Shown one piece after another: positions 58,335-64,000 of a stretch of DNA of 64,000 nt. A program made the translations under genes and the position numbers. The first letter of the stretch is position 1. Each line of letters opens with the position of its first letter. The notes below the pieces were generated by a model. It was given only the letters and a program-made list of their open reading frames with translations. It did not search any database and had not been told where the DNA came from. Source of the DNA: Deltaproteobacteria bacterium (GTDB lineage: Bacteria > Myxococcota > Kuafuiibacteriia > Kuafuiibacteriales > Kuafuiibacteriaceae); assembly GCA_040218735.1 (NCBI GenBank), contig JAVJQW010000046.1, positions 192,001 to 256,000 on the forward strand. The letters are read 5' to 3'.

Positions 58335-59213
58335 CTAACGCTTAGCACCCCCACGCTTCGGGAAGAAGCGCGGGTGTTTGATGCTGCCGGTCATCGCGTA
58401 GCTGTAGAACCCGTCGGAACCCTTCGCGCTGCGGATGTTCTGGAGCAACGCGCCGAGCAGCGGCTCCTTCTTCAGGAACGCGTCGGTGGGCTGAAAGCTC
58501 ACGACCAGGTTGAGCACGCTGCGCGAGAAGTCCTTGTTGAGGGTGATCTCACCGTCGAGCTTCACCTCGACGTTCTCACCCTTCATCTCCTGCTTCTCGA
58601 ACAGCAGCTTCCCGTTCTTCACCGGGACCGACCAGTCGAGGTTACCGAGCGCGAGCGCCGGCACCGGGAAGCCGGACACTTTGCCCCCCTCCAGCAGCTC
58701 CAGGCCCGAACCCTTCAGCTCGATGAGCCCCGAGGACTTCTTCACGTCCTCCTTCGACAGCTCCAGGTCGATCTTCGCGTCGACCGTCCCGCTGAGCGGG
58801 AGACCGATCGCGTCCGCCGCGCCGGGCACCAACGCGAGCTCGACGCCCGCGATCGTCGCGTCGACGCTCGTCCCCGAGCTGCCGTCGGAGAAGTCCGCCT
58901 CGACGAGCCCCTTCGCGATCGGGAGCTCGACGTTCGCGCCGACGCCGCCGCTGATCAGCGCCAACACGTGCGCGCGCGCGTCGATCTCCGCCAGCTCGAT
59001 CGGGTCGGGGGACTTCGGCATCTGAATCTTCACGCCTTCCGCGTGCACGCCCGTCACCCAGCTCGGCTCGAGCTTCTTGGCGGTGATGGTGGCGCCGGTC
59101 GCGCGCGAGACCTCCGCGAGCGCTCGCCCCTTCGCGTCCTCCCAGGGGAACGTGAGGTAGAGCGCGCAGAGGAACGCGAAGATGGAGAAGAGGGCATAAC
59201 CGAGATACTTCAC
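58335..59213 (-). CDS. gspN: Type II secretion protein N (myxobacterial type)
   Basis: 'LYLTFPW' N-terminus; position after gspM. Confidence 0.8.
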   Translation of the reverse strand: MKYLGYALFSIFAFLCALYLTFPWEDAKGRALAEVSRATGATITAKKLEPSWVTGVHAEGVKIQMPKSPDPIELAEIDARAHVLALISGGVGANVELPIAKGLVEADFSDGSSGTSVDATIAGVELALVPGAADAIGLPLSGTVDAKIDLELSKEDVKKSSGLIELKGSGLELLEGGKVSGFPVPALALGNLDWSVPVKNGKLLFEKQEMKGENVEVKLDGEITLNKDFSRSVLNLVVSFQPTDAFLKKEPLLGALLQNIRSAKGSDGFYSYAMTGSIKHPRFFPKRGGAKR

Positions 59214-59222
59214 TTCGCGGTC

Positions 59223-59777
59223 CTAGCTCGTCGGCTTGAACGTCCCGACGGTGATCGAGGCGTCCAGTCGCTCCTTGTTGTCGAAGCGTGTCTTGATCTT
59301 GAGGCGGCGCACCTTCACGAGGCGGTTCCCGCGTTCGATCTTCTCGAGGAACGCGTTGAGGCGGTCGAGGCTCACGTTCTTGATGAGGACCTCCGCGCCT
59401 TCCTCCTTCACGAGGTCCGAGCCGGTCGGGTCGCCGGGGCGCTCCGACGCGTTGCCGAGCTCGACCTGCGCCTGCTTGCTGAGGTCTTCGAGGTACGAGA
59501 GGAGGCGCATGTTCTCGTTGCGCCGCACCTCGTCCGCGATGCGCTGCTGGTCGCGCAAGCGTCGCTGGTAGTCCGTCCGGAGGCGCCCGATCTCTTCGAG
59601 CTTCTCCGCCTTGGCGACGATGCGCTTGCGCCGACCGTCGAGGTCCTTGTTCACGAAGTAGCCGCCGAAGCCGAAGATCATCACGAGGATCGCGACGACC
59701 ATGAACAGGACCATGCCCTGCTCGCGGGCTGACAGCCGCTCGAACGCTGCGGTGATCTGTCCGAGTTGCTGTTTCAT
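59223..59777 (-). CDS. gspM: Type II secretion protein M
   Basis: 'LSAREQ' plus TM; ferredoxin-like C-terminal region; TGATG overlap with gspL. Confidence 0.82.
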   Translation of the reverse strand: MKQQLGQITAAFERLSAREQGMVLFMVVAILVMIFGFGGYFVNKDLDGRRKRIVAKAEKLEEIGRLRTDYQRRLRDQQRIADEVRRNENMRLLSYLEDLSKQAQVELGNASERPGDPTGSDLVKEEGAEVLIKNVSLDRLNAFLEKIERGNRLVKVRRLKIKTRFDNKERLDASITVGTFKPTS

Positions 59778-61426
59778 CAGGAGCACCTCAGCTTGATGGA
59801 GAGCTGGAAGTCGACGCCGGCACCGTCACCCTTCTTCGACAGCTTCCCCTTCTTGATGTCGGAGTAACATGAGTTGGCCGAGTACGCGGACACGAGCTTG
59901 TCGACGGCGTCGAAACTCACCGTCGCTCCCGAGATACGCACGCGATCGGGGGTGACTTCCATCTCTTCGAAGGTCACGTCCACGTCCTTCGGCGTGAGCG
60001 ACGACAGCTCCGCGACCACCGCGTAGGCCGAGCGCTCGGGGAGCTTGAATGCCCCCAACTCACTCGCGGGCTCACGCACCACGGAGATGGCGACGGTGGG
60101 TTCGCAGATCTCGCGACCCACGACCTTCTTGGTGATCGAGCAGAACTCCTGGTCGATCTCAGCCTCGCGCGCGCTCACCGTGTGGTACTGCGCGAACACG
60201 TTCACCAGCGTGAGCACCGAGCACACCGCGATGGCTCCCGCGATGAACGGGACCCGGCGCCGCACGTTCTCGAGCGTGCCCGCGAACGCAAACTCACCGA
60301 CACGAAGGTCCATACGCGTCGCGCTGTCCTCCGCGGTCGTTCGAATCGCGTTCGCCAGCGCGAGTGCGTACGCCGGACGGCGCGGACCCTCGACGTTGCG
60401 CTCCACGATCTGCTCCACCGCCACGCCGTTCGCCACCGGCACGTTGAGCTGCTCGGCGAGGTAGTTGGCGAGGTTGCGAATCCGCGCGCCGCCGCCGATG
60501 AGATCGATGCGCGCGACACGCACGCGCTTCTCGCTGCGAATGGCCTGCAGCGTCCGGCGAAGCTCCTTCACGAGCGGACGAAGCCCCGACGCCACGACCT
60601 CGGACATCCGCGCTGCCGCGTCGGACGGGGCGGGGTGTCGCGCGGAGGCGACGAGGGCGTCCTCGTGTTTGCCGTCCTCGGCGTCCTCCCACTCCAGCTC
60701 GTAGGCCTGCGCGATCGCCTGGGTGACGTCGCTGCCGCCCGCGCGAATCACGCGGGTGTACGCGATGCCGTCCTCACCGCATGCGCAGACGAGGGTGCGC
60801 TCGTGTCCGATGTCCACGACCAGCCGCGCGTCCGGCGGTCCGCCGGGCGTGGGCAGGATGAACGTCGACGCTTCGGTCGAGGCCTCCTTCGGAGCCTCGG
60901 CCTTCGATGCGTCGGCCTTGAGGAAGTTCTGGTAGAGGCTGAAGAGCTGGATGACGTCCGCGGGGAGGTACCGCGGGTCGACCTTCGCGCTCTGCAACAG
61001 CGCGAGGTAGTCACTCACCTTGGCGCTCTGCGCCGCGATGCACAGCGACAGCGACGAGCCATCCTCACGCTTGTCGAGGATGGTGTGGTCGTACACGGCG
61101 TCCATGAGATCGAACGGCAGAACGTCGGCGAGCTCGCCGCCGATTGTCAGGTCGACCTTCTTGGGATCGGAGTAGGGGAGCTCGATGAACCGGGTCGTCG
61201 CGTACTCACCGGGCAACGACGCTACCGTGGTGTCGGCGCGCAGCGCGCCGTACTCGAGCAGCAGCTCGAGCGCGGCGACCTGACGCTCCGTCTTGGTGCT
61301 GTCGTCGCCGGCCCCGATCGGGACCTCGTGGACCTCTTCGACCTTGAATCCGCGGAAGCTGGACTCCACCAGCACGGCCTTCGCCGACCACGAACCGATG
61401 TCGATGCCGAGGATGCGTTGCGGCAT
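59777..61426 (-). CDS. gspL: Type II secretion protein L (PilM-like actin-fold domain plus TM)
   Basis: 'ILGIDIGS.S.K', 'VDIGH..T', 'GGGA', TM, periplasmic domain. Confidence 0.85.
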   Translation of the reverse strand: MPQRILGIDIGSWSAKAVLVESSFRGFKVEEVHEVPIGAGDDSTKTERQVAALELLLEYGALRADTTVASLPGEYATTRFIELPYSDPKKVDLTIGGELADVLPFDLMDAVYDHTILDKREDGSSLSLCIAAQSAKVSDYLALLQSAKVDPRYLPADVIQLFSLYQNFLKADASKAEAPKEASTEASTFILPTPGGPPDARLVVDIGHERTLVCACGEDGIAYTRVIRAGGSDVTQAIAQAYELEWEDAEDGKHEDALVASARHPAPSDAAARMSEVVASGLRPLVKELRRTLQAIRSEKRVRVARIDLIGGGARIRNLANYLAEQLNVPVANGVAVEQIVERNVEGPRRPAYALALANAIRTTAEDSATRMDLRVGEFAFAGTLENVRRRVPFIAGAIAVCSVLTLVNVFAQYHTVSAREAEIDQEFCSITKKVVGREICEPTVAISVVREPASELGAFKLPERSAYAVVAELSSLTPKDVDVTFEEMEVTPDRVRISGATVSFDAVDKLVSAYSANSCYSDIKKGKLSKKGDGAGVDFQLSIKLRCS

Positions 61427-61432
61427 GCGTGA

Positions 61433-62695
61433 CTACTCCTCCCGCCAGTACACGATCTCACCCTGCGCGCGGTTGTCGCGCCACACGAGTGTGATCTTCG
61501 AGGACGCGTCGTTGACGCGCCCCACGGCGGTAATCCGAAAGACGTTGGCGGCGTCGTCGAAGCGGATGAACTTCTTGTCCGTCAGCTGCTTCAACTTCGC
61601 GGGGTCGTAGATGATCTGCGCCGTCGTGAGCAGCTGCTGGAAGATCGGCAACGACATCTTGTTCATGGGCGGCGGCAACGCGAGCATCAGGCTCCGCTCC
61701 TGCATGAACTTCTGGAACTTCTCCTCGTCACCGGGCTGCGGCGGCGTCACGGAGATCGCGCGAATGACCGCGCGCAGCATCCACGGGTCGGCGGTGGTCA
61801 TCGAGATGCCCACGCCGTCGCCGCTCCACACCGTGAAGTACCGTGAGAACAGACGCATGAACGCATCGTTCACGCCCGGAATCATGCGCAGCTCGGCGAG
61901 TGAGTTGAACATGCCGTTCTTGGGCTCGTACTGCACGTTGTAGGGGAGGTGGTTGTAACGCGTGTCCTCCGACGCCCCCTGCGTCGTGGTGTCCCCCGTG
62001 ACGATGCAGACCGGGTCGACGAACTCGTTGCCGTCGGTCCAGTCCGTGATGTTCGACATGATGAGGAGCCGGTTGCGAATCGGGTCGCGCGAGTCACCGA
62101 GGTTTTCGAACAACACGTCGTACTTCGGGTCGTCGAACACCGCCGTCATCAGCAGGTGCATGAAGTTCTGACAACCCACACCGAAGTCATCGGTGTTGAT
62201 GTTGATCTTGCGGTTCTCGTCGACCACCTCTTCGACCCAGAACGAGCCCGTGAAGTCACCGAAGGGTTGGTTCAGCGCGTAGCTGTCCTTCACCGCGTCG
62301 TCCTTCGGCGTCGGGTTGCGGTCGAGCAACCCCTTCATCGTGTCCGACGACACCAGGAAGCTCGACAGCTCGAACAACGGAATCGGGATGAACTGCCCGA
62401 GCGTCGACTTGATCTGGCTCTGGAAGCGCAGCACGAACAGCTCCAGCTCGACCGCGCTGCGCGCGTGCAGGTGGGACTGCAGCTCGTCCCGCGCGTTGAC
62501 CGCCGCGGCGAGGTTCACCTGCGACTCGTTCTCCAGGTCCGCCGCGATCGCGCTGAGGATGGTCGTGATGACCATGACCATGATGAGCGCGACGCCGCGT
62601 CGCTCGCGCTTCGGAGCCTGCGTCGGAGCCGCGACGATCGCGCCCCGGCGCGACCGCCGCTTCCTCGTCGGCCGGTAGATGCTCGACCACTTCAT
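61433..62695 (-). CDS. gspK: Type II secretion minor pseudopilin K
   Basis: 'RRG|VALIMV', 'DENRKININ', 'KNG.F.SL.EL..IPG'. Confidence 0.9.
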   Translation of the reverse strand: MKWSSIYRPTRKRRSRRGAIVAAPTQAPKRERRGVALIMVMVITTILSAIAADLENESQVNLAAAVNARDELQSHLHARSAVELELFVLRFQSQIKSTLGQFIPIPLFELSSFLVSSDTMKGLLDRNPTPKDDAVKDSYALNQPFGDFTGSFWVEEVVDENRKININTDDFGVGCQNFMHLLMTAVFDDPKYDVLFENLGDSRDPIRNRLLIMSNITDWTDGNEFVDPVCIVTGDTTTQGASEDTRYNHLPYNVQYEPKNGMFNSLAELRMIPGVNDAFMRLFSRYFTVWSGDGVGISMTTADPWMLRAVIRAISVTPPQPGDEEKFQKFMQERSLMLALPPPMNKMSLPIFQQLLTTAQIIYDPAKLKQLTDKKFIRFDDAANVFRITAVGRVNDASSKITLVWRDNRAQGEIVYWREE

Positions 62696-63372
62696 CAGAT
62701 CGTCCCCAGCTCCCGCGTCAGCGTGATGCGGGTCTTCGTCACGAACTTGAGGGTCTTGCCGTTCTCGTCCTCGATCTCCATCGTGATCTCGACGAACGGC
62801 GGCAGGCGCCCCGCGAACTCTTCGTTCTCGGTGTCCCACTCATCGGTCCAGTCCTCGTCGCGCTCGTCCCAGAACCTCAGTTTGAAGTCGGTGATGTTCT
62901 CCGCGAGGATGTACACACGCCCGCCTTCGTCGGGCTCGCGGTCGATGCGCGGGTCCTCGCGGCGCACGAGGTTGAGCTTCTTCGGGTCGTCCGGATCGCG
63001 CGCGCCGAAGTAGGAGATCTCACACTGGTCGGACTCCTTCGCGTCGGCACGCAGGATGTCGTGCGCGAAGGCCGTGAAGTGAATCTCCTGGAACGGCGAC
63101 CCGGGCTCCGACTTGAAGATCGTCTGCCACATCCGCTCCTGACCCTTGTGCCGCCGCTGCGACGTCAGGAACGCCATCGACAGCTCCTTCGCCATGCGCG
63201 TCATCGCGACGCGCACGTTGTGGTAGCGGCCGTCGATGTCGGTCACCGTCTCGTAGGCGTCGAAGCTGCGCGCGACCGAGCCCCACGTGAGCGTGGCGAT
63301 CACCGCGAGGATCGAGACCGCGAGCGCGACCTCCATGAGCGTGAGCCCCCGAGTGTGTCGTCGGCCGCGCAT
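62695..63372 (-). CDS. gspJ: Type II secretion minor pseudopilin J
   Basis: 'RG|LTLMEV', 'W.DEWD...LP..V.I'. Confidence 0.88.
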   Translation of the reverse strand: MRGRRHTRGLTLMEVALAVSILAVIATLTWGSVARSFDAYETVTDIDGRYHNVRVAMTRMAKELSMAFLTSQRRHKGQERMWQTIFKSEPGSPFQEIHFTAFAHDILRADAKESDQCEISYFGARDPDDPKKLNLVRREDPRIDREPDEGGRVYILAENITDFKLRFWDERDEDWTDEWDTENEEFAGRLPPFVEITMEIEDENGKTLKFVTKTRITLTRELGTI

Positions 63373-64000
63373 CACTTCGTCCCCAGCTGACCGCCGCCGC
63401 GGAGCGCTTCGGCGGCAGGGTTGGTTTGTCCACCTGGGAGGGTGGAGGGGATGACGCTCTGACCGATACGCCCGCCGGGCGTCAGCCCCTGCGCAGGCAA
63501 CCCGGCCGGCGTCGCGATGCGGCCGGTCGTCGTCACGTACTGCACGAACTTCACCGACTCGAGGTCGACGCCTTCCTTGCCCCACGTGATCTCCAGCGTG
63601 ATCTCACGAATCGAGTCCGCGAGGATCTCACCTACCTGCTTGAAGACGATCTCCAACCCACCGCCCTGCATGAGTTGGGACAGCTCCGACCCTGCGTTGG
63701 CGTCCTGCGCGGCCTCGGCGCCGGACGTGCCGTTCAGCGCGCCAAGGAACCCTTCGATCTGTCCCGGGAGGTTCTCCGGATCCACGTCGCCGCCGAGCAA
63801 CCCACCGAGGAGCTGCCCGATGTCGACCTCGACCTTGCGAACGGTCGCCGACCACTTCATCTCCGAGAAGCCCTCTTCGGAGAAGTCACCGTCGAACTCT
63901 TTGTCGCTCTCCGAGAACCCCTCGTCCGCGAGCTCGATTTCGATGTCGATCATCTTCGAGCGCGCGAGCATCGTCGCCACGGTGATGCCACGCGCATAGT
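63372..64000 (-). CDS. gspI: Type II secretion minor pseudopilin I (5' partial)
   Basis: 'ATMLARSKM.DIE', 'G.F....F...KW', 'IREITLEITW'; frame runs off the window edge; position before gspJ. Confidence 0.75.
   Translation of the reverse strand, partial: YARGITVATMLARSKMIDIEIELADEGFSESDKEFDGDFSEEGFSEMKWSATVRKVEVDIGQLLGGLLGGDVDPENLPGQIEGFLGALNGTSGAEAAQDANAGSELSQLMQGGGLEIVFKQVGEILADSIREITLEITWGKEGVDLESVKFVQYVTTTGRIATPAGLPAQGLTPGGRIGQSVIPSTLPGGQTNPAAEALRGGGQLGTK

Overview
High-GC (roughly 70%), gene-dense bacterial chromosomal window, most consistent with a myxobacterium/Myxococcota-like deltaproteobacterium (MYXO-CTERM-type sorting tail, Cys-rich lipoproteins, PEGA-domain Ser/Thr kinase, myxobacterial-type gspI-N). 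About 62 CDS are supportable. No rRNA, tRNA, CRISPR, integrase or transposase was seen. Contents in order: ECF sigma/zinc anti-sigma/S41 protease operon; repeat lipoprotein; CbbQ/MoxR-type AAA+ ATPase; Pth2 fusion; an isolated atpF'-atpF-atpH unit; a second ECF sigma plus gltA; SuFu, LNS2 and SET domain proteins; orphan gspG; a Ser/Thr kinase-P-loop NTPase fusion; a cheA-cheW-mcp-cheB-cheR cluster with no cheY and a degenerate-globin cytoplasmic MCP; tldD/tldE; a Big_2 adhesin; M23 peptidase and mltG; a Vibrio TonB2-like (ttpB-ttpC-exbB-exbD-tonB-ttpD) metal-uptake operon; and the 3' part of a type II secretion operon. The best candidate for an undescribed system is the 5' end of the TonB operon. 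A TTGACA promoter precedes a leaderless, secreted His/Cys-rich small ORF ending in APKSSPP, and the K-S-S codons of that motif are complementary to the Shine-Dalgarno of the next gene. This suggests metal-sensing ribosome-arrest control (inference). All product calls come from motif recognition by eye, with no database searches.
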